The translations under genes and the position numbers were made by a program. Positions 1-24,559 of a stretch of DNA of 64,000 nucleotides are shown here, piece after piece (the stretch's first letter is position 1; each line of letters opens with the position of its first letter). The DNA is from Trichoplax sp. H2. Lineage: Eukaryota. The stretch is from NCBI GenBank assembly GCA_003344405.1, contig NOWV01000113.1:124001-188000 (forward strand), written 5' to 3'. The notes under the pieces are model-generated. The model made no database searches and was not told the DNA's origin. It saw nothing but the letters and a program-made list of their open reading frames with translations.

Positions 1-1153
1 ACTTCTGTAGCATCATTAACGACTCGCAATGTTTCCGTATTTCATTAATCAGTGCTAAATGCAATGTTTATCATTTAATTTTAACAACTTCTTATTCTTT
101 GCATTTTGTTGTTTCTTGTGCAGCACGCGCTTAACGCCTGTTAACATCTTATTAGACACGCGTACAACTGTCGATATTGAATTTATTTACCTACCAAAGG
201 AATCATTTAAGATTAGGCGTAAATTGATGATCAACACGAAAGATTCATATTATTGCGAGAAACATAGTTGCAACAACCATTCTTCCTCAAGCAGAAGGCA
301 TGCTATGCTAATATTTAACAAATCTGTTACCAACTATTTCAAACACAATCAACAGCATTAGCCTTAACATCGTTATTAGCGTCATTGCTTAAAATCATGT
401 AGTAACAATTGTAATCGGAGCGTTTCGATTGCTAAAGAATAGGTTGTAATCTTACAGTTATTTGAATACATCTAACAATTTTGATCTTTCCATTACTCAC
501 TAGAACCATCGCTTCTATTCAAGATCACAATATGGAATTTCAATAAAAGACATTGATGCGATTTCACATTGCCACAAATTTTCGTGTCAACGAAGCGTTC
601 ATAAATAAATTGTTTGGATTTCATTTCATACTAACTAAAGCAGTAATACTGTAATAGGAATGTGATACTTTATAGAAAGTTTCCCATACAGTTATATCAT
701 ACAAGGTTCGAATTAAAAGCTAATAATTTTTATAACGGCTGTCTGTAAACACACCATACGTAGCTAGTCATGTGAATAACGGTAACACCTAACATAAAAG
801 AATAACTACTGTTCGAACTTGCTTAGTAATGCAAATGGTACATCAATAATTCATTTTTTAATATCAACCATTCTTTGGCACTAAAGTTTTCTGAATTTCA
901 GACGTTTTGCACGTGGTATAACAAATTACGTAACAGTTCCAAAAAGTAATAAAAGCCGTTACTACAACTATCTCTAAGATACTAACATATAAATGTAACG
1001 GCATAACGGACTCTACTAACGTTATCTCGTTCAGTGACTGCGTTTCTATAGGAATAGAATCTATCGTTGTTTAAATGCAGTCAAATAAATTTGACTACAA
1101 CCATAGTTGATGTTATTAGTTAAAAAATGTTTCGGATTGGCCGTATTCATTTC

Positions 1154-6079
<4,926 letters not shown>

Positions 6080-6731
6080 GGTCGCTGAGGTATTAAGGTA
6101 GAATAAAATTAATTTATCACCATTACGATAAAAATAACTACGAGGATCTATGGGCAGGAAACTTCTCCAGTAGGGAGCGCTGTTTGAAAGGAACATTGAA
6201 AATATGGGCCCAGCACATCAGCGCCTGCGTACGTTACAGTACTGCCTTAAAACCCCCCCCCCGTTTTTGTCCCAATCTACAGTCTCAACGGTCATGGCGG
6301 TACTGTGACAGTATATACTGTACACTGTACAAATCATGTCCATACACAACGCATTACCACCTGCGTCGTAGCAAAATACATGACCGAAATCAGCTTAAAA
6401 TCATAGATGTAAGAAAATCCTCCTCCCCTCCAAAAACATGCCACTGATTTAGACTACTTATAGTATTCAAATATTGTACAGTAAGGTATACAGTATAGTA
6501 TACTATGATGGACTACTAAGAATGGTAATAGTCGTAATATTCTAGTCGTCTATGATGAACAGATACTACGTAGTAGGTAGTATTGGACATTGCGTAAACG
6601 CTGTTGTGCAGCATGTTGACTGGTACAGTACTTGCATTGAACGTTCCAGTGGGCAGAAGCGATTACTCTGATGTATCTAGCGTGAAAATATTCGTAGATG
6701 CAGGAACTTTATTATACATACAAATTAATTA

Positions 6732-9003
6732 ATGCTACGAATTTGCAGCATGGTAGTAATCACTTCCAATTTTTTATACGTTGCAATATTTATTATTTTA
6801 GTCCTTTATCTTAACAGCATCATAGTCAATTACAATTATGGTTGGCCTACGTCGCCGCCTTTTAAGCGTCCTTACTTACGAGCCTTAAACCCAATCAAGA
6901 TCTTACAAATTAACAGAGAAATTCTTTACTACATCCTATCTTTTCGCCATATTAATTTATATTTTATGTGGAAAAAGTTATATAATACGGCCAAGCCACC
7001 ACATTTATATAAGGTTGGTAGGTTGCTATAGACATGATAGAAAAATTTAAAATGTGCAGGTCATCTTAATTAAGCAACATACGGTAGTGAGTGGCAATAT
7101 GATCGGCGCCACAAGTGATAAATAGAAGAGTTATACTGTATAGTGTAATAGCTTAGCATTACACTGCAATAACCAAAATAATGCTAGAAGTTACTATTAC
7201 TTCAAGGTAGACTTGTACCTAGGGTCAAATAGAAATTGTAATTATGACTAAAAAAGTGGAACTACCTATCCATCTATAGGATATACCATATTCACTTAAT
7301 GGATGCCGATTAGATATTCATCGTTCGGAAGAGAGTGTTCAAAATAACAGTACGTTACGCCCAATAGTCATCTATATATATGGTGGAGCATGGATGTTTG
7401 GCTCGAAGCAAATGTATTGTGTATTAGCTGCGAATTTAGCTAATTTAACAGGCTGCGTCGTTTGTTGTCCAAATTACCTACTGGTTAATAAGGTAAATTT
7501 GATGATCGATATGCAATAAAGCTACTGCTACTGTATACCCATGATGCGTTAGTAACCTTTTAATATTTCGGCCGATAACCTGATGTATAATTTATATAAT
7601 TGATGATGTATGTTCTTGTACTAGTATATTCCAACACAAACATAGTCTAATGTCTTTTTTATTATGCAAAATGTGCAATAGGGTAATGTAGTTCATATGC
7701 TACAAGATTTAAAGGATTGTACTCGATGGCTTATCGATCATGGGAAAGAATATGGAGGAGATCCTGTAATTAAATTAGAATTTATCGCAGTTGTCAATAC
7801 CTTAATACGTCTAAATTTTACAAATAATTCAGGATAATCATCCATTATTGTTCAATTTTTATTCCTAAATTTATCGTTAATCCTGCATTCAAAATTGATA
7901 TTTACAGACTTGCACGTACAGTTACGCGTATTACTGAACTGGTTATAATTTAATCGATAGGAAAACATATTATTCGTTGGACACTCTTCAGGAGCCCACT
8001 TATCCATTTTAAATTTGATAGAATTGATCAGCCAAAGTTATTGGAATACTGAAAGTAACAATATTGTACGCAAAATTAAAGGTATTACCTCAATCAATTC
8101 AAGTAGAGAGTTCATTCATTTTTAGTAAAATTGTTATTGAACTGCAATGTTTTTAGACGAGTAAGGCATATATTTTTTATACAGAAATAAAAATGTTTTA
8201 TTCCAAGATCCAAGTGACATGCTGTAGATTATGTACATCAAGTAAATTGTTAATGTGAAGGCGCATACGATATTGCTACTCTATATGTCAATGATTGTAG
8301 TGTCATACACTGCACTATAATGGTTAAGTTATTAATAATGTGTAATAGACAACTGATGATATCTAGAATCTACTGAAACTAAGAAAGTAATTCCAAAATC
8401 TTTTAGATATAACATCCTTTTTATTGTTAATTAGGCGTTATTGCACTAGCTGGCGTTTACGATATTCCACAACACTTATTATATGAGATAGGGAGAGGTG
8501 TCGAAGATGTATCCGGTATGTATAGAGCTATGCTCGGTGTTACCGGTTTAAAGCGCTATTCTCCCTACTATCTAGTTCAAGATATGCTATCAAGAAGTGA
8601 AAATACAAGCAGGTTTGATTTCACCTCGTGTGCTAGTTATTAAACGCAAATATCTCGTTAGCTGACTTTATAAGATTTCCGATATCTTAAAACTTTATAT
8701 TTATCTAGAATATGCAATATTTTTGGAATTTCTAATTTTAGTAGTCAAGAAAAAGACAGTAGTCTGTGGCCGCATATCATATTACTTCATGGAGAGAACG
8801 ATACTACTGTCCCAGTCCAGCAATCTGAAAAATTTTATCAAGTCGTTAAGGAATTAGATGTTACCATTGAATATTGCGAATTAAAGCACTTGGATCATAC
8901 AAACTACATTATTGATATGATGAATGCCAACTATCAAATTCACAAGATTATCTCTGAAATAATCACGCCCAATGTTCAGAAAATTATTCTTCGTGAACGC
9001 TAG
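6732..9003 (+). CDS. Alpha/beta hydrolase, isoprenylcysteine methylesterase (ICME)-like / HSL-type esterase
   Basis: Exons at about 6732-7013, 7280-7491, 7682-7765, 7961-8081, 8435-8612 and 8741-9003 give RLDIH..PIVIYIYGGAWMFGSK (oxyanion region), YGGDPENILFVGHSSGAHL (nucleophile), LAGVYDI, LLHGENDTTVP (acid) and LDHT (His). The 5' end is uncertain. Confidence 0.85.
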
Positions 9004-9272
9004 ATCTAAGATTAATTTTCATTGGACGTACCATATGAAATCTTTTAATTGTTTAAATGGCAATGTATTACATTAATACCAGATTTTTAGTAATAAATTA
9101 AAGTATTCTACACTTGCACCTAAAATATATGTGTACACGTGTATTTGCAATCGGTTACTGTAACAAGAATTTTTTATTCGCATTAATTGGATGTCCAAAA
9201 TTATAATCAATAATCACATTAAATTACAAAATAATGGTAAAGCTGTTTCAAGTAGCCATAATTATTATACAG

Positions 9273-16320
<7,048 letters not shown>

Positions 16321-16639
16321 AATTTCAACACGACCGTAAGTCTAGTGTCCTAACTTCCGAGTATAATTAATCCAGGAGCTGCTCTTATTAATGATGCTGC
16401 GGTGCTTAATTAAGTAGCATTGGATGTTTAGTGCACTAATTCTTGAACGCCACAACAATATAACTAAGAATGAAAATGATTCTCGCTCGATTTCGCCATT
16501 TGCAGTAAAAAAATGTTCTAGAATTCACCATGTAAAGATAAGATAAATAGCGAAAGATGTGTGAATCTTTCAGTCAACACCCAAAAGTCTGAAACTAGTG
16601 TGCGTCACCCCCAAAATTATACCTTAATTGAATAATAAA

Positions 16640-16950
16640 TACTGTACACTGTATCATGTCTGTGCTGTTCTACAGTATACAAATGTGTACAGTACGCTCC
16701 TGCAGTACAGTACATTTTGCGGGTCTCTACAGTTGTACAGTACTGTACTACTGTACTGTACTGTACAGTGTACAGTACAGTATAGTACGGACAAATGCTG
16801 GACAGGGGTACCGTATTGTACTGTCTTAGAGGTCTGGTAGAGTGACACTCACTCGTTGACGTGTACAATAAATGACTCTACAATGTATAGTACAGTTCAG
16901 TACAGCATGTGGTTCAACCACTGACTCAATACAGTACTGTAGACTGTACC
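16640..16950. repeat. Low-complexity TACAG/CTGTA/GTAC-rich tract upstream of HERC4
   Basis: Dense imperfect iteration, e.g. tacagtactgtactactgtactgtactgtacagtgtacagtacagtatagtac. The overlapping ORFs here are artefacts of the repeat. Confidence 0.85.
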
Positions 16951-17584
16951 GCCAACACGAGTGATGATGTCACCAACTGGAATCATGATCACCGGTAGGA
17001 TATCATTCCGGTACAGCTAGTTCTACGTAAAACGAAAGGCAAAATAACATGAAGAGGATTTTGCAGATCTGTGATGCCGACTGTATTATAATATACAGTA
17101 TAATAATCATGTATATTGTACAGTATAGTACTAGGTAAGGATACAAGAATATCATAAACCAAATCTCCGCAAACAATCGTCAAAACTATATCTAGTACAG
17201 TAAAAGAGTAAAATCCTCAAGCTTTAAGCTTTACGGTGATGTCACCGATTACAAGGATGACACATCATGTTTGCGTCATCATATTTGTCAAGCAGCTTGT
17301 GTGACACAAGTATGATCCCATTTCGGCCCATGCACACTTGTACAGTATGGCAAAAGAGTAAAACTCTCAAGTTTTGAGTTTTGCAGTGAAGGCAGGGGGA
17401 AATGAATGATTTATTAATGTATACCTTGATATCTTGATGATTTGCCATTTTGAGTTTGTGCAACGTTTTGAAGGATAAGATTAATAACCGTTATGCATGT
17501 ACTGTAAATGCTCGCACACAGATTAGTGCGCAATAGAATAGTATTGACAGTAAATGACTTAAAATGAACTAGTTAAACATTTGA

Positions 17585-18350
17585 GTTCCGTCACTGGATC
17601 ATGTTGAAGCTGAGAAGAGAGCTCGAAATAGTAAAGTATTGTTTTTCATTAGCTCTTGAGCACAACTGCGGCATCACCTTAATGATCATATTCTGAGTAT
17701 CCATGTTATCCAAGCATAGCAGTATAGGATTCTTAGTACGCAAGCTAACAAGAAAGTCTCAAACAGAGCTTCGCAATAGACATCGCGAACTCTATTACTT
17801 TTTAATCCATTCAATGTCGGCACTAGCTGGACGGTAATTAATGAATTGATGAATCAGTCGTCTCTGAGGATTGAGTCTGATGCTTAAATTAACTTGACGC
17901 TGATATTACTATAAGAATAAAAAACCACAACACCCAATATACTTTTAAATCTGATGACGTTAGCCCAAAGGCTAGCGATGATCTCAGAAATACAAACCAG
18001 TCCTGATATAATTGAGGGAATAACTAGCGATTCTCTGATGAAGAAACTCCAGCATGATTATGACTGATTCACCGATGATATAATTGAATTAATCAATTAA
18101 TTTAAATGATTCTCAGCGGATAGTCTCTAATTTAAAGCGTGACACTACTCAATTTTCAACTCTTGACTGCTAAATTCTGATATATGGATTCAAATTAGTC
18201 CTACGTTTCAAGTCTGCATACTATTTTTTTCAGCTTTGATTTTTTCTGAGTCGGTATGACGGTAGATAACTTGCGAAATATTAAATTTGAAAACCCTTTT
18301 TTTAATCTACAGTAAAATATATCAATTTCGAAAAGATAATGATTCATCGG
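17585..18350 (+). mobile_element. Decayed non-LTR retrotransposon (LINE, CR1/L2-like) ORF2 relic, tether to start of RT
   Basis: One + frame with scattered stops reads EKRARNSK...NVGTSWTVINELMNQ...FTDDIIELIN*FK...SIFNS*LLNSDIWIQISPTFQ...YQFRK, and an adjacent frame gives TFK-DDVSPK-ASD. These resemble LINE ORF2 motifs W-x-VINEL, FN-VGPKLA, IFNxSL-WK-VxPIFK and QxGFRK in the expected order. Recognised by eye only. Confidence 0.5.
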
Positions 18351-18936
18351 TACATACAATCACAGTATACCTGTAAGTACGCGCAACGTATAAACTGATG
18401 AAAATTGTTTTATTCAAGCATACTGATCAGGCTAGAGTTTTACAGTTACGTTTTGATTTAATTGAGTTCATTCGAAATTTTAATTGATTTCAAACGCTGG
18501 ATTATACATATGAACAGGAGCTACAACTTATCTTCCTCATGGATTACTGGAAGAAAATGTTTTCTTCTAGTAGTCCATGTCTTCCCCTACGAGGATCAAG
18601 TATAAGGTAACGATAATACGAGTAAGTATATGCTAATATCGAATCTACTGCATAAAGGTCCACAATAAGTAATATCGTTGTTACAAAGATAAAAAAACGA
18701 GAAATTTATTAATTGGTTACAATCTTGAAAGCGAATACATGTTTAATGGACAATCTCTATTTACGTCTAATTTAAGACTAAACTGTTTCATGAAGTAATC
18801 GAAAAATATATATTCACACTTGTGAAGTCGACATTCGAACAGACATGATCTGATAAATTTGCCCAGATCAGGACGGGTTGAGTATTCATAGGCCTAATCA
18901 TTCCCAGCTTAAAATGGCTTACAATCATAATGCTTT

Positions 18937-19474
18937 CTATTTTTTGCCTAATACCCACCAATGGCGTCGTCGAGAAAGTGGTCGATAATTTTTGTTTTCT
19001 CTAGATGAAGATGCTCCCCATAAAATCTGAAAATACGGATGAAATTGAAACCGGTAAAACATTGATATGCAGTATAAGATATACCTATTAATAACTGTAT
19101 GATCATACAATCGTTCAAAATTCTATATGTCGCTGGCTCACCTTATTGATGAATCTATGAATGCTCTGATCATGTGTAGCCTTCGGATTAGACTCATCAA
19201 CAACGATATAATCACGATCATTATTTATATCCTCCGAATCGATGGACGCTTTATGATTAATTCCGTCGTTGATTTGTTGATCTAATATATCTTCATCGCT
19301 ATCTTTACGTTGTGTTTCCGATTCGTTGTCGTCACCGGCTTCGTTTACTTCTAATGCTCTATCGGCGTCTTCGTCATTTTCGTGATCACGATAATTAGGG
19401 TAAACAGGATCGCTACAGGATAGCGCAATCAAAGCGATCACACTCAGGACAACAACTGCATTTATTGTAACCAT
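18937..19474 (-). CDS. Secreted prepropeptide (140 aa): signal peptide, acidic pro-region, basic C-terminus with amidation signal
   Basis: Exon 1 is 19474-19142 (MVTINAVVVLSVIALIALSCSDPVY...HRFINK, donor gtgagc). Exon 2 is 19026-18937 (acceptor tttcag; ILWGASSSRENKNYRPLSRRRHWWVLGKK*). The join is phase 0. Confidence 0.8.
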
Positions 19475-21369
19475 CTTATCCTTTAACAGGCAACAAGAAT
19501 CACTACATGATTATACAATATTTCATGCTATAGCTACATTTATAAATATCTAGTTTCTACTTATAGTAAATATTTATTTATATAAATGGTTAAACTAATA
19601 ATCGAAATCAAAAAGCTTCGTTTAATACGGAAGATTACCTCTTTCTTGCTTTAACTTTTATCGTTCGAAATCGTAGTAATACGTATATAGAATAGCGAAG
19701 CCGAGACTACAACCGGCATTTATATCTTTTTAGGCCATATTTCATGAATATTGCCTAATATGAACCTTTCCCTAAAATTTCTAAAGAAAATGGCTTACAA
19801 CGTGTTTGCCATTGTATTTAGTTTCGAAACCTCGTAAATTCTTCGAAAATAATCTATTCATGTAGAATTATGTATTTAAATAAGTAAACAAGTTCATATT
19901 TACCATTTAAATTATAGAAAATTAATGAGATATCATTAATTCTGGCTTCCGATTATTAATCTATCACCGAAAATGAACAACCACATTTTTCTATGTTATT
20001 TTATTCTGAAAAGTGGCGTCTATTATAATTATGAATAAATTAATAGCTGATCATTCACTGGACTAAGTACATTCGGTACTTTATTCTTTTGATGCATTCT
20101 ATAGAAGAAATTTAAGTTCACTATAAATGTAAACTTGACTTGGCGCCATTAATAGCGATACATAGAATGTAATTATACGTGTATGTAAACTAAAAGTGCT
20201 TTCGCTCGAAATGCATTTACAGTGTGTCATCTTAAAATTGCATGGTCTGTTTGCATGCCCTACTGCTGATTATGTAAATGTACAAATTTATCGCTGTTTA
20301 ATAATTATAGTGGCATGGAAATTGCTCTATGGCTCACTATCGATAATAATTTTGATAAATATATTCACTTGCTACTCGGACTATTGTGTTGATAAGAACG
20401 AAATGATGCATTAGCCTACAATATGCATGTCCCATGAATACTATGTTCTACATGCATATTTGACACTGATCAAAATATGAGATTAAAATCTCTTCCTTTT
20501 TAGAATACTATACGTACTATATAATTATCAAGAAATTATTGATGTCGACGGTTATACTGGTACAATACCTACACTATGCATCAAATATTAATGTTATCAT
20601 AAACTTTTCTTGATTTCAGGCACAAGAAGGAAATAAGCCTATTTGATAAGATTATTCTTTGTTCCTTCACTGAAATCATCTATACTTATCGACGGTTCCT
20701 ATTTTTACGTATAAATTAATGCCCAATAAATACTATCGTATAGTAATAAGGCGTTTGCATACTCCCCTGTGGTTATTAATACAATTAATAATAGCATCGA
20801 TGAATCTATCACGTAACAATAAATCTTTCGCTGGCCTAATTATAATTGCATTATAATTATCGTAGTTATAAAAACATAGAAAGGTTGCTTTCGAAATCGT
20901 GTCAGGCTTAACAGGTAGCTTCTTGCTAATTCATTTATTGTCCGACATAACATAAGTATAGCACGGTCACAATTGATTTAATATGAAGTTCTGATCACGC
21001 TAATCTTTACTCATTTCAGTAATTCGTATTTACTCATGAAATCGTATCTGTCGCAACCTGCAGCAGCATCAAACTACAATGCTTGTATCCTGAATACCTT
21101 ATCAAGCTGAATTTTTATAGGCCAATTTCTATAGCTGGAATATTATAAACCTGATACAGTAAGCAAGTTATTCCAATCTCATGTGCTATTGCTAAATAGC
21201 AGAATTATCGTAATTTATGTCCTCTATCCTTTCCGTATAGACAAAAGGCCTACTGTTGAGTATCGCATTGTAGTTATTGTCTTTCGTACTAAAAATAGTA
21301 AGAATAATATATAGAGCTTTCCCATTTGACTACATTCTTCTGAAAATCAAAATACTCACAGGTAGTTAA

Positions 21370-21650
21370 CAATGAAATATTTTTACATGAGGCATAATCT
21401 ATCCAATTTAGTCTTCAGGTGAATTTAAGAATAGTTTGTAAAAGTGACGATTACTATTACCGCCATACCGGAATAATTTCAAAATCTTATCGAAATCAAC
21501 TGAACGCAGGAGAACTTCTATAAAGATATCGCATTCATGCACATAGTTTTTATCCGCTGTAAAGCTAATAGTGTTTCTTCTGATGGATTGCAATATTTAT
21601 TCAGAGTTTATTGAAGACTGCTTGTATCAATTTTCGATTTATGTATTGTC
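21370..21650 (-). mobile_element. Possible decayed LINE ORF2 fragment (post-endonuclease tether)
   Basis: NTISFTADKNY..FIEVLLRSVDFDKIL..NSNRHFYKLFLNS, then frameshifted LDRLCLM*K. This resembles I.YRxYKNY..F..L..VDW...F...LDKHAPxK. Confidence 0.3.
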
Positions 21651-22333
21651 TATTTCAGGGAAGTAGTACATTAGTAAAATGATAATACTGTATATCTACG
21701 AAATTTAATAAAAATGAATTACTAATGTTAAATAATTACAGTTTTTAGTCCAGTAAAATGTAAGCTAAAAGTCATCGATTATTATAATTGGTAGCTTTTG
21801 AGATAGAAATAGTGAGCTTTATTGATAATTTCTAGGTTGCATAAATATAATAACGTGCCGGATACTGGATGAAAACGGTACAGACTTGTATGTTTAAACT
21901 ATTGCATAGAAATATGCTATATACAGCAGTGTTTGTCATGTTAGCATGGCATGATAAATATTTTGATAGTTTTCTTTAAACGATGAGTGAGTGCAGGCAA
22001 CCGTTAAATCACTATCAGTAAATTCAATTGTAGCACTTTAAAATTCCAATTCTTTTATATGAAGTAGTAGTACCTTTTTATAACAATACTTATGGTGTAC
22101 TGTATATATCAGGCAGTTTACAAATATAGTTGTACGCGTGTAACAATAATGTTGATATTGTCAATAATAATTCTGCATAAGTTTATTTATAGTCGCAAAG
22201 ATTTTTAAGTTTACCTAACGACCGAATAAGTGTTACAATGGAGATAATAGAATATAACTGTTGGCAAAGTATAACGGAAATGCGGATTCGTTATTGAATC
22301 ACCGAATGAACCAGTCTTGGCGAGAAGTAACCC

Positions 22334-24012
22334 TTAATCAGTTTTGATTTTTTTACCAAACACAGCAGTACAGCAAGAAAATAGCAAGCTTTTAACTATT
22401 CTCCAAATCATGTACAAAATTCCCAAGACTATAATGTACATATCGTAGCTACCAGCAATGATCCAAAACATGTTAAATTCCTCAGGCTTCAAGTGTTTTG
22501 TGCCGTGATTGAGCACATAATCAACCCAGTACCCCACTTCTTCTACAGATGATAAGTTATTTGGTCGATGATGCAATATACTAGCAATCTGACGGCTGTT
22601 GTCGATGATATACTCATCTTCTATTACCTGCTGGATGGCATAATATAACCAAGTACCGTTAACAAATTGCATAGGTGTAAATTTGCCCTTGTTGACATGC
22701 TCCATTCGATGAGCTAAATAGAAATTTTCGTTAGTTATGGGTAAACCAATGATTGGCACACCATGATAAGAAGCCTGGTGCACATCTATGATCTTACAGT
22801 TGGTAATAAATGCCTTTATCTTTGAATGGGATACTAGATTCCATGGCAGCTGTGATGTAATATAGACATTAGTTGGAACCAGCGATAACGACGGACCATT
22901 GTAGTGCCATATAAATTTATACGGTAATTTAGAAAAGGTATTAATAATATCACGTAATGTATTTCGATCGATAATTTCCTGTAAGTAGCCATCAAAATCG
23001 AAGGAAACCAGGATGAATCCCAGATCGGTATCTTGAATGATTGGAGTTTCTTTCTCTTTTACAGTTCCTGCATTTAGAGATGTGACAAAGACTGGACCGA
23101 TTAATTTTACAAATGGTGTATATGGGCGAGCATAATCGATACTAAAATCAGTTGCTAATAGATAGAGGGACGCTTTCGGTGATAAATCAGGAAATCCATT
23201 CTGAAAATGTTTTCGCGTAATGCGATATGTGCGAGGGATAGTATCTATCATAAAGTACACCTTAGCTGCCCAATATACCCAGAAATTTTGCAGCCGCTGC
23301 AGGATGGTCATATTTGTTGTACCGATGTCAGCACCATGTTGCGGTACGTAGGCTATTGGATTTGGAACTTTGTAATATGCAGTCGGTCCGGGATCTAGAA
23401 AGCCAGCTAAATTGATATCGATTTGACGTGAGGCGTTGGATACTCGTGACAGTAAATTACAGCCAAAAAAGCTAAATTCACAAATTAGTAAGTCTGAAAA
23501 GGTTAAAGAAATGCAAGCATATATTATTATACTCGTCAGTTTATTTGGTATTACACTTCATATTTCTCAAGCAACAGTATTCATTTGATTTTTAACTAAC
23601 CTGACTCTTGTACTAGATGTCTTGCTTTTTCGTCGCTCAGTATGGCATCTGCTTCTTTGTAAGCTTCATCTAGGCAAGGAGCAACATAAGAATTACCTTT
23701 TACTGCCAATCGACACCGATTAAAGTCATCTTCGATCAGCTGAGACTTGAAGGAATGAAAGTGAAATTGAGTGGAATCCACAGTATTGAGTTCTCCATGT
23801 TGAAATTTGACAGCAGATGATATAACGAAAGTAACGTCGTGACCTTGCTTTAGTAGTTGATGAGTAATTTGAATGAAACTGAAGGTATGAGTATAATATG
23901 AAAAGGGTATAATGACAACTTTAGCAGAATTAGCAGGTTGGATTGATGAAAAAATGAGTGCAATAGCGAAGATATTGCACAGATGTATCAAAGGTTTACA
24001 TACAGAAGTCAT
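22334..24012 (-). CDS. UDP-glycosyltransferase (UGT1/2/3/8-like fold), 2 exons, about 523 aa, ER type I membrane protein
   Basis: Exons 24012-23601 and 23493-22334. Features include a signal peptide, AKVVIIP..TH...GHDVTF, PNPIAYVP, MTILQRLQN, DYARPYTP, YHGVPIIGLP, YWVDYVLNHGTKHLKP, a TM helix and a C-terminal KKIKTD dilysine signal. Confidence 0.92.
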
Positions 24013-24559
24013 TGCTATAAAATATCCTAATATTTATCCTATTTTTAGCTACACCATTGCTAAACGTTGTAGACGTTTAGCGATGGAGGACTACAGCAAT
24101 ACTGTACCTATTATGCATCTACAGTATAGCGGAGTCTGCGTAGTTTACAGTGAAGATTATAGTCGGTTTCGAAGAAACACTTTATGGTAATCGACTGTAA
24201 TTAATCAACAGACGCCCATATTAACTAAACAGTAAACACCACACCCATAACCTTTGACGAAAGTCGATGTCTAAAGTACATGTCGATGGAGGGAACTTGC
24301 CGAGAGAAAAGACTGTAAAGACATCAAATAACCAATCTGATAATATTATCTGGCTGAAACCGTTTCAGCCAAATATCATCGTGATAATACTCTACTTACT
24401 TGTACCTACTACTGTACTGTACTGTAGTAGTTCTTTGTCCCTTGATAAAGTTCTCAATGTTTATTTTTATAAAACCTTATAATCGTAAAATGATAAAATA
24501 AATTCATTCCTTAATTGCAAGGATATCGTGGCCCAACAAGTTATGAAAATGATATGAAT

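Noticed and set aside
1-361. 100-aa + ORF, or the terminal exon of an upstream gene (strong acceptor at 123)
   Set aside because: Probably the 3' end of a gene outside the window, but frame and identity cannot be determined.
16617-16868. Three overlapping Tyr/Cys/Thr/Val-rich ORFs
   Set aside because: Translation artefacts of the TACAG low-complexity tract.
17242-17463. Cys/His-containing 73-aa minus-strand ORF
   Set aside because: No coherent zinc-finger spacing, splice partners or recognisable family.
17846-18180. Cluster of TGATGA...CTGA motifs resembling tandem box C/D snoRNAs
   Set aside because: Terminal stems are weak and I could not assign convincing rRNA guides. The motifs are better explained by codons of the decayed LINE-like frame. 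Small-RNA data would settle it.
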